Below, piece after piece: positions 23,718-35,372 of a DNA stretch of 64,000 bases. A program made the position numbers and the translations under genes. The notes under the pieces are model-generated. The model saw nothing but the letters and a program-made list of their open reading frames with translations. It had not been told where the DNA came from and did no database searches. Origin of the DNA: Takakia lepidozioides (taxonomy: Eukaryota; Plantae; Bryophyta); assembly GCA_030704615.1 (NCBI GenBank), contig CM060734.1:53692001-53756000 (forward strand), written 5' to 3'. Numbering within the stretch: position 1 is the first letter of the stretch; each line of letters starts with the position of its first letter.

Positions 23718-26120
23718 GCCACGTCATCGTCGCCATGTCATCGTCGCCACGTTTCGTAAACACGTCATCGTCGTCGTCAAACTTTGTATATCTGCCCGGA
23801 TTGCCCAAAAGTAACTGGCTTGCAGCGCGGGGAAGGGATGCCCCCGTGTGATCGAGCGCGGTCACACACTGATCGCAGGTGGTATTCTTCCTGATGTTTA
23901 CAAGGTTCTTGGGAGATTCAGCTTGGTCTTAGCATGCCGTGTTTCAATCTCTGCCTGCTCAGCTGCACCGTGGTGGTTCTCACAGATCACCAATCCGACA
24001 TTACCTGACTACAGACAAAAGCAGCACACACAAGAGGTCCTTTTGGGTTGATGGTCCGTCAAATCCTCCATGGGTCATGACACAAGGTCAAGGACAATGT
24101 GGTGAGGGCACCTTCTTCTTCGACCTATTTCAGCCTGTTTGTCCCTCTCATCAGACTTCGGCCTATTTCAGCATGGCTGTGGTAGGGCGGCTTGCCAGAT
24201 GTATGTTCACACCCAACACCATTACATTCATTTCTGTTCTCAATGCTTGTGCCAGCCTAGAAGCCCTGGAAAAAGGTACATAGGTCCATGTTGACATAGT
24301 GGAAGCTGGAATTGCACCAGATATCATTCTGGAGACTGCCCTTGTCGATATGTATGCGCCGTGTTTCAATCTGTGCCTGCCTAGCTGCACCATTCCACTT
24401 TTCCGACCCCAGTCAATGGTGGGACAATGGAGACAAAAAGGTGAATGCCTATTGGATACAGAGAGAAGCAGATGCAATTCAGAATTGGGTTGGTCAGTGT
24501 CAGCTGCTAGCAGGTCTCCATGGGTCATGAAACAAGGTCAAGGACAATGTGGTGAGGGCACCTTCTTCTTCGACCTATTTCAGCCTGTTTTGCCCTCTCG
24601 TCATATTCGACTTGAGATGTGGGTCCAAATTCATCCAAGAGGGCCGGATTTCAAGCTCCAGATCACCTATGATTCCCTGTGGAAGGATAGCTACAAGAAA
24701 CCTGCATGGGTAGATGGTCAACTAGGAAAGCCGCAGCAGCAGCGGTACAATTGATAAATTCAGGCACTGCTAATGAAGGCACCTTCTTCAACACATTTCA
24801 CCCTGTTTTTCCCTCTTATAATCGGCCCTAAATTTTCATGTTGAATTCTGCAAGTTAGCTGGTTGAGTGAACCGTTGATAGTTTGGAGTGACTTTGACAT
24901 GATACTGCCAATGTGACAACAGGGAAATATCCAGAAACATGTAACAGAGACGAGGAGAGGCTGTGGAATGAATACTTTTCTGACCCCAGTCAATGGTAGG
25001 ACAATGGGGCAAAAGGTGAATGCCTGACAAAGAGTAGCAGATGCAATTAAGCATAGGAACTAGTGTGATAAGTTGAGTTGGGTGTTTCCTAGAACAAATC
25101 TAGGCTGTCATTGTCAGCTGATAGCAGCACGACAAGGATGTATGTATGATTTGTGCAGAGGCATGGATAGCTGAAGGAGCAGGGATAGTGTGTGGGTGGA
25201 CACATTCATCCAAGAGGGTCGGACTTCAAGCTCCAGATGACCTATGATTCCATGTGGATCAATAGCTACAATAAACCTGCATGGGTAGATGGTCAACTAA
25301 TGGCAGCAGCTGCAGTGGCACAATTGATAGAATCAGGCACCTCAACCATGACCACAGCGTCTGAAAGAGGATCAAGAGAGGGAGTCCACAATGCCTCTTC
25401 TGGCACTTCTGGGCATGTGAAGATACTATATGCAGCAGGCAGCCTGACAGAGGCTCTACAGACTCCAAACCAAGGAGGCATTTCAGCGGATTCAAATACG
25501 TATGTCTGTCTCTTGCTTAAGTGCATCAAGATGGAAGGTCTGGAAGATGGAAGGTCTGGAAGCTGGAAAGCAGGTGCACACTCACTGGATAACTACAAGA
25601 AACCTGCATGGGTAGATGGTCAACTGGAAGCCGCAGCAGCAGTGGTACAATTGATAAATTCAGGCACTGCTAATGAAGGCACTTCAACACATTTTACCCT
25701 GTTTTTCCCTCCTATAATCGGCCCTAAATTTTAATGTTGAATTCTTCAAGTTAGCTGGTTGAGTGAACCTGGGATAGTTTGGAGTGACTTTGACATGATA
25801 CTGGCAATGTGACAACAGGAAAGTATCCACAAACAGGTAACAGAGATGAGGAGAAGCTGTGGAATGAATACTTTTATGATCCCAGTCAATGGTGGGACAA
25901 CTGAGGCAAAAAGATGAATGCCTGTCAGATTACCAGATGTCATTCTGAACAGTGCCCCTGCCCTGGTGGACATGTATGCCAAATGTGGGTGCATTGAGGA
26001 TGCCAAGGGAGTGTTCAACACTATGGCTGAACGAGATGTGGTGTCATGGAGTGCGATGCTTGCAGGGTATGCACAGTAGGGGTGCGGGATGGAGGCTTTG
26101 GAGACCTATGAGCAAATGAT
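23718..26120 (+). pseudogene. Third mosaic PDF-PPR pseudogene copy, rich in tandem PDF modules
   Basis: ITNPTLPDYRQK..VDGPSNPPWV (~23986-24085), DPSQWWDNGDKK (~24405-24440), IHPRGPDFK (24629, 25204), DEERLWNEYFSDPSQW (~24949), DEEKLWNEYFYDPSQWWDN (~25845), plus a linker and PPR scraps. Confidence 0.85.
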
Positions 26121-26121
26121 G

Positions 26122-26482
26122 GGGGAAGGGGTTTTTGTGCTTCCCTACCTGTCCACTTATTCTCGAGTCATCTCATACTGGGTAACCTTCCAGGGCCTTC
26201 CGCCATTTGAGGGAATCGTTCGTGTTAGCAGTGGCGTTCGGTTACTGTTTCAAATGAATAAACCGTGTGAATTTCTGTACAGATTCATTGGCGCTTCAGA
26301 GTAGACACATTTAGATTTTCTTTTCGTGCTTCCCTATCTGTCCACTTATTATCGAGTCACTGCATACTGGGTAACCTTCCAGGGCCTTCCGCCATTTGAG
26401 GGATCGTTCATGTTTCGGTCACTGTTTCAAAGGAATAAACCTTGTGAATGTCTGTACAGATTCATTGGCGCTTCAGAGTAGA
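26122..26482. repeat. Two-copy ~180-200 bp tandem duplication
   Basis: gtgcttcccta.ctgtccacttatt.tcgagtca...gattcattggcgcttcagagtaga occurs at ~26126-26305 and ~26326-26482. Confidence 0.9.
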
Positions 26483-27269
26483 TACATGAGTGCTGGTGAT
26501 GATTCGTAACAGCGACATTCGTCCTATTGGCAGTTGGCAGATGTCAATTCATTTCCAGGGAGTTAGACGTATGTATGCTGAAATTCTTGAAAACGGAATT
26601 AGCCCCATATGTTAATAATTAGGTTATGCATTTAGACTACTCGGATGCTAGTCTGGGTTAGCAAGTGGACCGTTTTTGAAGAGACCAAAGAGGCAACTTA
26701 ACAAAGGCTCTTCGATTCAGGTGAGTCCTTGCGAGGGCAGATGTGGCGAAGATCTGATAGAGATCTGAAGAGAAAATTCAGGAATTACATTTCTGCAACT
26801 GTCCAGCAAACCTACCTCCCAAATTTCATGTCTTTGCTTACATTTCCTTTAAATTTTTCACTTCTGCTTGTTTCCTGGTTTGGTAGAAGGCCACTCTTTT
26901 CTGGGCGTGCTACAACATTTTGTCTATAAGCAGCAGGGATAAATTGCATGAGAAACATACATAGTTGTAACATACAGAGTTGTAGCTTGCTGAGCAGGCA
27001 TCAAGAGAGATTGTGTATCAGATGGCCACTAGTCACTGAATCTAGTTTCATGCTACTATTTGCCATAAACTATAGAACGTAGGTTTAACAGTGACACCTC
27101 GTTGGAAGTGCAGGTGAAGGAGAGGATTATAACATATTGTTAGATCGCACTTTGCACCTGACTTCCCAGCAAAGCGGTGGAGCATCAACCTCGGTCTGGT
27201 TGGGTTACCTTCACTGATTGACCATGGTTACTAGCTGGTTGCAATATTGATTGGTCCTCTATCCATGGA

Positions 27270-28030
27270 TGCGATTGGTCATAGGGTATGCTCAGCTTGG
27301 ACATGGTGAAGAGGCTCTCAAAATCTATGAGCAAATGCAACAGGAAGGGGTGATGCCTGACAGAGTCATGTATATTACGATTGTCGATGCCTGTGCTAGC
27401 TTAGGAGCACTGGAAAAAAGGAAGTAGATCCATGCTGACATCAAGGAAGCTGGAATTGTGTCATATATTAATTTGGAGACTACTCTAGTCCATATGTATG
27501 CCAGATGCGGGAGTGTGAAAGAGGCACATTAAGTGCTTGACAAAATGGATAATCTGATGTGGTGTTATGGAGTGCAATGGTTGCATGATGTGCTTTTAGT
27601 GTGGTCATGGTGAAGAGGCCCTCAAAATCTATGAGCAAATGCAAAGGGACTGAGTGATGGCTGACAAGATTATATTCATCAGTCTTCTCAATGCGTGTGC
27701 CAGCCTAGGAGCCCTGGAAAGGGCCAAGTGGATCCATGCTGATATTATCCAAGTGTAGGGTAAGCAACGTGCATGGGTTGCTTCCCCAACGTAAAGAATT
27801 TTCGAAAACAAAAGTGCCTTGCTAGGCTGGCAAAGAGTGTTACGGAGTGTAAGCCACTGGCGCGGGGTGCTTACACTCCGTAAGCCACTCTAGCAACGTG
27901 GCACTATATTCCACGAAATAAGCCCACTCGAAATACAAAGGATGTTTTTTGGAAATTCTTTACGCTCAAATTACATCATATATTAATTTGGAAAATGCCC
28001 TTGTCGACACCTATGCAATTTGTGGCAGTG
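27270..28030 (+). pseudogene. Highly degenerate PPR fragment interrupted by a foldback insertion
   Basis: GYAQLGHGEEALKIYEQMQQEGVMPDRV...ACASLGALEK, with stops. Resumes after ~27970 as INLENALVDTYAICG. Confidence 0.8.
27790..27964. mobile_element. MITE-like foldback/hairpin
   Basis: Outer arms cgtaaagaattt and aaattctttacg; inner arms ttacggagtgtaagc and gcttacactccgtaa. Confidence 0.7.
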
Positions 28031-30129
28031 CTGGAGCAAATATGCATTAAAAAAAAAAGCAACCAAGCTTTTTCATGAAAGCGTGATATTAAATCAAAAT
28101 TCAAACGATTTAAAATTACAACCAATTGAAAATAAGAAAGATATCATATTAACAACATTCATAATCCATCTACTTATTGTACCAAAACGAGCCAAAATCA
28201 TTACATAGGTGGGAAGTCGGCCCATAATTGTACTTGACTGAAGGGGTGATTTTGACTGATTCTGGTGATAGTGGATGGAAATCAGAGTGCTGTCCTAATT
28301 CTGGGTTTGGGTGGTGGAGCTTCTCCAAAGCTTGAAGATGGAAGTGAATTTGATGAGAGGGGCAGCCCTGTGCACAAATTTGTTCAGCATCTTAAAATAT
28401 GGACATGTTTGTTTGTTTCTCATGGTGTGGCTTTGGATGGAGCCCCTTCATGAAAGTGAGGTCATTTTCTCAGTAACCGTCCAACATCCAAAAATGAAGC
28501 TTTTGGTCCGTCATGTTGGTTCGATTAATTTCAAGGAAATTATACCCAACTAAGGGATAACTTATGTGAATAATGAGAGGAAGATATACTAAATGCTCCT
28601 CCTTTGGTTGTGAAGGCATTGTCATCATCAGAAGGATTTGTAGTGAGCCGTGGTGCGATGCTCAATTGTTGCGTGAAGGGTTGAGATTCTCGTTTCCTCT
28701 TTGTGCTGTTGTGGATCTATTGGTTTTTCTCTTTATCTCTCTCTCTTGTCCAGCTTGTAACTTTAGTTTTTGTTCCTGCAGGTTTTGAAGCATTTGCTGA
28801 TGCATAGTCCTTCTGTGGAATAGATATATAGTGATAGCTTCTTCGGCAACACTCCGCCATTTTTCTTTTGAAAAACAATGAAACATGTATGTAAGACCAT
28901 GGGGATGACCCACCCCTTTTTGTACCAATTGAATGTAGTTCTCAGAATTTGTCGCTAGTAGTGCGGAGCAATGCGAAGCCCTAGTAGACAATAAAACCAC
29001 TTATGTTGTGCATGTATGTATAATAGGTGTGTTGGTTAATGTATAGTGACTTAATGATGTTATAATGAGGAGGTCTTAGGTTCAAGTGTGTATTATCTAG
29101 TAATGTGTGGGATGGTGTGCGGTCAACCGTTGACTTGGGATAGGTCAACGACCAACGTATATTTCAAATTTTGAATTTTTAAACCGCCAAAATTTAAAAT
29201 TTAAAATTTGAATTTGAATTTTGAGTTTGAATTATTGAACCGTCAAAATTTAAATTTTAAAATTTGAATTTGAATTTTGAATTCGCCACATTGTCAAGCA
29301 GGGTGTAAGATAGGCCGTTAAAAAATCTAGTCGAAACGGATATAAGAAAAGCCAGTCAAAACGGGTGTAAGAAAAAACATGTCAAAAAAGCCAGATAGGC
29401 CGGGCGCCACGTCAGGGTGTAGATGGGTGTAAGATGGCTTTTTCGACACCACTGGCTTTTTCTACATGGTGGCGGAATCAACATGGTTTACCTTACACCC
29501 AGAGGGGTGTGAGCAGGTGGGTTTTTTTATACCTGCGGGTGTAATAAAAGGGTGTAAAAAAACCAGTTTCTCTTGTAGTGAAATGAGGGCAACTTGCCAT
29601 ACTTGTCATTGACAAAACTCCAAGCCCTTTTTGGGCAAAGTTGTTGGAGGGACCAACTTTGGCATCTTCATTTCCTTTGCAATGGAGCAGAGATTCTTCA
29701 CCTCGCAGCTATTCAAAGAGGAAATGTCTTTCACAGAGCATGCTTTATTCCTGGGAGGATTTTTGTGACGCCCCTTCCCCTCCACCTCGTTTTACAATCT
29801 TCCTAGGTGGTGATCCGCCCCCCTTCTCCTCTCCACATAGTCACATGATGCACACACACCTACGCCATTGCTCAGATCCCATGACAACTTTTCAGCTCCT
29901 GTAAGCTGCTGGGTGGCATTGTCTTGTCAGTTAATTAAACTGTGAGAAATTGAGGGAGATTTCAGATGGATGGCATTCTCCCGGAGATGGAAGACTGTTG
30001 GAGGGAGTACCCTCCCATTGGTAGTTGATGAGGTGACGTGAAATGGCTTTGATCAGCTCATATGCGAAAAGATTATGGTATAAACTTGAAGGGAGGACAA
30101 GTGGCCATTTTGCATCGCAAGGGAAGAAA

Positions 30130-33100
30130 AATTCAGAGTGCCACAAGTGCGGCAGGAAGGGGTTTTGGGCTCGAGAATGCCCATTTGAGAATGCAGAGGA
30201 CGGGAAGAAGGGTGAAGGGTCTGCCAACAAAAAGCCTGGAGGACCCTACAAAGCTTTGATGGCGAGCTCATCCAAGCTTTCCAGCAAGCATTGGTACGCG
30301 GATAGTGGTTGCACGCAGCATATGACTGATCAGAGGTCATGGTTTACTACGTACCAACCCATTACAAAAGCTCAGAATCACCCGATCGAGGGCATTGGGG
30401 AATTGGAGATATCTTGGTGAAGGTCAAGACCGGTGATGGTCATGAGATCAATATGCTCACGAAGGTATTGTATGTGCCCAAACTCGGAAGAAGTTTGTTC
30501 TCTTGCTACCCTCTTGCTACAGAGCAGCCCAGAAGGACATATACACCCTGCATATGAGAGATGGCTGTCAATTGATTCAAGATGGGAACGTAGTCATGAC
30601 AGGGGTGACAAGAAACCAAATGTATCAGCTACAGATGGATACGATCACTAAGGACGCTCCATATGTGGCATATGCGAATATTGCAAGGTCGTTCGGAGTT
30701 GAGACGAAGAAAGAAAGCACACAGACCTTGGGCAAGGATGAGGAATTTTGTGTTGGCTGTGCCTATGGGAAAAATCGCAGGAACCAGTTTCCTTGGAGCG
30801 AACCACGAATCAGGTCAGAGTTGCCGGGAGACCTCGTCCACACAGACTTGTGTGGTCCGATGCGACAGACGAGCGAAGGAGGGGCTCGCTATTTTATTTT
30901 GTTCAAGGATGACTCAACCGGGTACAGGGTCGTTGAGTGCATTGAAACCAAGACGGAGCACGAAGTCTTGGCTTGCTTGAAGCGATTTGTGGCACAGTTG
31001 AAACGTGAAACAGGGAACACGCTGAAGATTCTCCGAAGTGATAGGGGGAGCGAGTTCATTGGACATGAGTTCACAGGCTACCTTGAGAAACTGGAGGTGA
31101 GGCAGGAGCTCACAACCAGCTATACACCAGAGCAGAATGGCGCTTCAGAAAAGGATAACCGCACGATCGTAGAGGCCGCAAGAACATGTTGCATGCCATC
31201 AACCTTCACATGAGATTTTGGGGGGAGGCCGTGAATTCAGCCATATATGTCCTCAACAGAACTGGAACAAGAACGTTGGAAGGAAAGACGCCTTACGAAG
31301 CATGGTTTAAGGTGAAACCCTCGGTTGCTCACATTAGGGTATTTGTAGGCTCTGATGCATATTTCCACATCGCCAAGGAGCTGAGGCACCAGTTTTCACC
31401 CAAAAGCAGAAAGGCGATGGGGTACTCCGATATTAGCAAAGCCTACAGGCTGTGGGACATCGATGCGATGAAGATTGTGGAGAGCCGAGATGTATTATTT
31501 GATGAGTGTCCAACGCCAAATCCAGCCTCAAATGGAGAAGGTCGAATAGTTAGGGAGATTTTGCAAACGGCTGATCTTGGACAAATAGCACCTGGAGGAC
31601 CGGCATGAGCAGTGGGAGTGTTGCCTCAAGTTGTTGTGCCACATACACAAGGTCAACATCAAGATCAGGTTGACAGCCCTGTCGTTGAATTTCCTAGACA
31701 GTGACAATGAAGAAAGAATCACTCAGAGCAGCGACGGGCTAGAAGACCTTGAAGACGAAGACAATTTGATCAAAGAGAATATAGTTGGAGGTCCCAAAGA
31801 TGCACAACTGGCAGGTGCAACTTGGAAAATGGTGGCGAATGAGAGGGTGCCACACCCTCAAAGATCATTACAAACGCAGATCGAGGTGACAGAAGTGGGA
31901 CTTGGTGCACCAGAAGTCGCAGTGGGAGAGCTGCCCGAAGTCCAAGATGAAGTAATGGGAGTACCGGTCCAGGAGCTTGGACCCCGAACAAGACATCCAC
32001 CAGCTGACAAGCATGGAGAGTGGATTTACCCAATCAATCGCAACAATTATGCATGTACTACAACAACGGTTGAGATTCCGGATGAACCAGAATCATTTGA
32101 GGAGGCCATGGCGTCTGGAGAAAGAGAGCATTGGTAGCGAGCGATGCAAGAAGAATTTGACCCCCTAATGGAGAACGAGATGTGGGAATACCAGCAGTTA
32201 CCTAACGACAGAAAGACGGTAAAGAACAAATGGGTCTTTAAGTTGAAACTTGCAACTGATGGAAGTGTGGACAGGTACAAAGCGAGATTGTTAAGGGTTT
32301 ACGCAGAAGGCAGGGGTTGACTTCAAGGAAACGTTCAGCCCAGTAATCAAATTCGATTCCATACGAGCGGTGCTTGCCATAGCGGCCGCAGAAGACATGA
32401 ATATCACACAATTTGACCTGTGTACAACCTTCTTGTACGGTGAGATTGAAGAGGAAATATATATGACCCAGCCCATGGGTTTTGAGAATATCCAGGAGGC
32501 CGGTAAAGTTTGCAGGCTGCGCAAAGCACTATATGGCTTGCGACAATCGTCCAGAGTCTGGAATCGAAAGTTCACTTCATTCCTCACAGAGTATAATCAG
32601 TTGTTGATGGGTGCGTGTATTACAGCACCTCTCTTCCACGTATGATTATTACCATCTTTGTAGATGATGACATGGCGTGTAGCGTTAAGGAAGAACAAAT
32701 TGAGGACATTCTTTCTTACATGGGAAAGGCATTCCAGATTACATCAGGGCATCCGGAGGTTTATGTTGGGCTGCACATCGTGCGTATGAGAGAAGAACGT
32801 TTAATTCACATTGATCAGTCTAGGTACATCTGGTCGAAGCTGAAGAAGTATGGTTACGACAATTGCAACCCAGTAGCTGTACCGGTTGATCCAAACAGCG
32901 TCTCCAACCTGTCCATGCACATGGGAGATGAAAGCGTGGAGGATTCGAGAGAATTTCCATACAAGTCCATTGTCGGGAGCTTGCAGTTTGCTCAACTTGG
33001 GACACGAGCCGACATCTCATACTCCGTCGCACATGCAGGAAAGTTCACGTCTAGCCCTCGGACACCCCACATCTCAGCTTTTGAGGCGCATCATGAAATA

Positions 33101-33315
33101 TCTGCGGGGAACAGCCTCGATGAGGATCACGTACAGTGGGAGCAGTATGAACCAAGTGCTGCATGCATATTGTGATGCAGACTTTGCCATGGATCTTGAT
33201 GATAAAAAATCGCAATCCGGATTTGTGTTGATGCTCAATGGAGGACGAGTCTCGTGGGGGTCTCGTAAGCAAGGGCGCACTGCAGGGAGTACGACTGAAT
33301 CTGAGTACGTTGCCA
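30130..33315 (+). mobile_element. Degenerate Ty1/copia polyprotein
   Basis: Zn knuckle CHKCGRKGFWAREC, protease WYADSGCTQHMT, integrase (LVHTDLCGP, LRSDRGSEF, TPEQNG), RT (KWVFKLK..RYKARL, LRKALYGLRQSSRVWN, FVDD) and RNase H start (YCDADFA..SWGSRKQ..STTESEYVA), in copia order with frameshifts. LTRs not identified. Confidence 0.93.
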
Positions 33316-33402
33316 AACTCGAAGATCCAAGAAAATCCAAAGTAAGAACTAAGGACACTCCAAACTTGAGCAACTCGAACAATTAATATTTAATTAATAT
33401 TT

Positions 33403-33560
33403 GACGCCTCCCGAAGGAAGCGTAAATTATGGTGTCTCTTCGCCCGTAAGGGTTGCTGCCTTCCACTAGGAGGGTGGACACCTTTGTGACACCAAGGGTG
33501 GATTGAACCCACAACCACTTCCGAGGTGGTATGTGCCCTTGGGCTACAACTTGGTTGTCA
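33403..33560 (-). mobile_element. SINE family A, copy 3
   Basis: Colinear with the other copies; B-box GGTTCAATCC; AT-rich tail; near-TSD cttgagcaac (33365) and cttgaacaac (33561). Confidence 0.8.
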
Positions 33561-33806
33561 CTTGAACAACACTCTGCTCGGGGAGGCTGCTATATTTCCA
33601 AGGAGGGCGATAGGAGGAGTGGGGGCTGAACTACCTTGGAGTGCCTAAGATGATAAAGTACTAAGAAAAATTAAAGGAATTTTCCTTGCGAAGAGTGCTT
33701 TTCCTACTTTTTCCTACTTTGAAATGAGCCAACAGATGACAATTTGCCAGGTAAGCTGCCCGATGAGAAAAGTCGCAAGCCAGGCGAGGCAAGGCACTTT
33801 TTCGAG

Positions 33807-33905
33807 GCAGGCAGAAAAACAGGCAGAGAGAGAGAGAGGCAGGCAGAAAAACAGGCAGAGAGAGAGAGAGGCAGGCAAAAAAACAGGCAGAGAGAGAGAG
33901 AGAGA
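33807..33905. repeat. Minisatellite of three gcaggcagaaaaacaggca(ga)n units
   Basis: Directly visible ~32 bp units. Confidence 0.9.
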
Positions 33906-35372
33906 ACGCCAATGCGTAACTAAGAGCCACTTCACCTTGCAGCTACTGCCCCCTTTTGAGGGTGGGCCCTATCAAATCAACCCATTACATTTCGTAATGT
34001 GTGCCGGTGGACACTTGTGAAAACTGGCCCATACATATATGCCTTGTGGAACATGGTGACGTTCTTGCCAAGTAAGAGACCTAAAAAGCGGCAGAATCGA
34101 CTAGCTACTGACTCCTAAGATGCAGATTTTTTTTGGTGAAATCCATAGGGTTCTTTCAGGGGTCAGATCTCATCCTGTCCCTTTGAGTGGACTAACCAGG
34201 GTTGCTGGCTGGGCAGTCCGGACCCACTCAGTTCAGTGAACATAATCTCTCTTAACCAAAGGGGGGTAGTGGCCCTTAAAGGGGGGTAGCGGCCAGGGCC
34301 TTAAGAGATCACGGAAAGAATAACCATGATAGGAGGTGTTACATCAAAATGTTGATCAGGCAGCACCCAGGACCGTCCACCTAGGGGTAACAGTAATTCA
34401 CTGTTGAAGAAACAGCAAGCTTGAATAATGGTCAATGCCACAAACAGAAAATGAGGGGGGACAGGAAAGAGAACGATCACACAGAGCATCCGTTGACATG
34501 GGAAAAAACAGGAAAGAGATGAGCCTGGAGCAAGAAAATGACATAGAGCTAATCCAGAAGAGAAAGACAGAAGCTAGGGGAGGGCCAAGCCAGAGAAGAG
34601 CCTGGCCGACATCCTGGCCTTCTTTCGCTATTGCTTTTACAAATTTATCCACTGCCAGTGCATTTTAAACATATATTATTTTGCATCATCAGAGTTAACC
34701 GGCGACCACAATGTGTCACTTAGGCATATAGGGGTTGGTACATGCTGGCGATCTCACTTGAGACTTGCAATCTTGTACCACAAGGTTACAGGCTCTCTAA
34801 GTGCTGGCAGTTGCTGTCACTGGCGTTTTGATGAGCAGTGAGTCGATCGCGGTTACAATCAATGCCCATGCCAAGTTGGGACAATGCGGAGTCAACCATG
34901 ATCCAAGTGACAGCATGTGTGAGTGGCACTCTAATCCATCTCAAAATTTAAAGAGGCCTGACAAACAAGGTGCACAGTGAAATTTCAAGGTGCATGCTTC
35001 TTGGTGGTAGAGAGCATTGAACCTCTACTCTGGGAGCTGTAACATTTGGTGTAGGAACCCAATGTGTCTTGCATCCCGAAGGTTTCTCAATGTAGTTGAG
35101 GTTCTAGGTGGGCTCATGATGGAAACTCCCTACCTCTGTTGCTAGTAGTTCTAAGCACCTGAATGAAAATCCAGTAGATTGTTCCCAACTGGAGCTTCAA
35201 AGTGGGCATTGAATTCCCATCCTCGGGGCTTTGGCTCTGGCCAATCAGCAACATTCATATGCACCTCTTATGCCGAGTAGCCATTCTGCCATCAAATGAA
35301 CTCCTCACCTCCAGTACCTGCAGTACTCCCACAAGCTTGAATGCATACCTATATCTGAGATTTCTGCTGTAT

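Larger units (their letters stand above)
9677..29580. mobile_element. Large non-autonomous CACTA (En/Spm) element (~19.9 kb) carrying PDF-PPR-DYW gene fragments
   Basis: Left end CACTATAAGAGATCATGGTTTTTTTT; right end reverse-complements to CACTACAAGAGAAACTGGTTTTTTT. 3 bp TSD AAA on both sides. Subterminal arrays of tacacc/ggtgta(ag) motifs at 9700-10100 and 29290-29560. No transposase ORF seen. Confidence 0.7.

Noticed and set aside
29581-34300. LTR pair for the copia element
   Set aside because: No direct repeats with TG..CA ends, PBS or PPT found; the element appears truncated at both ends.
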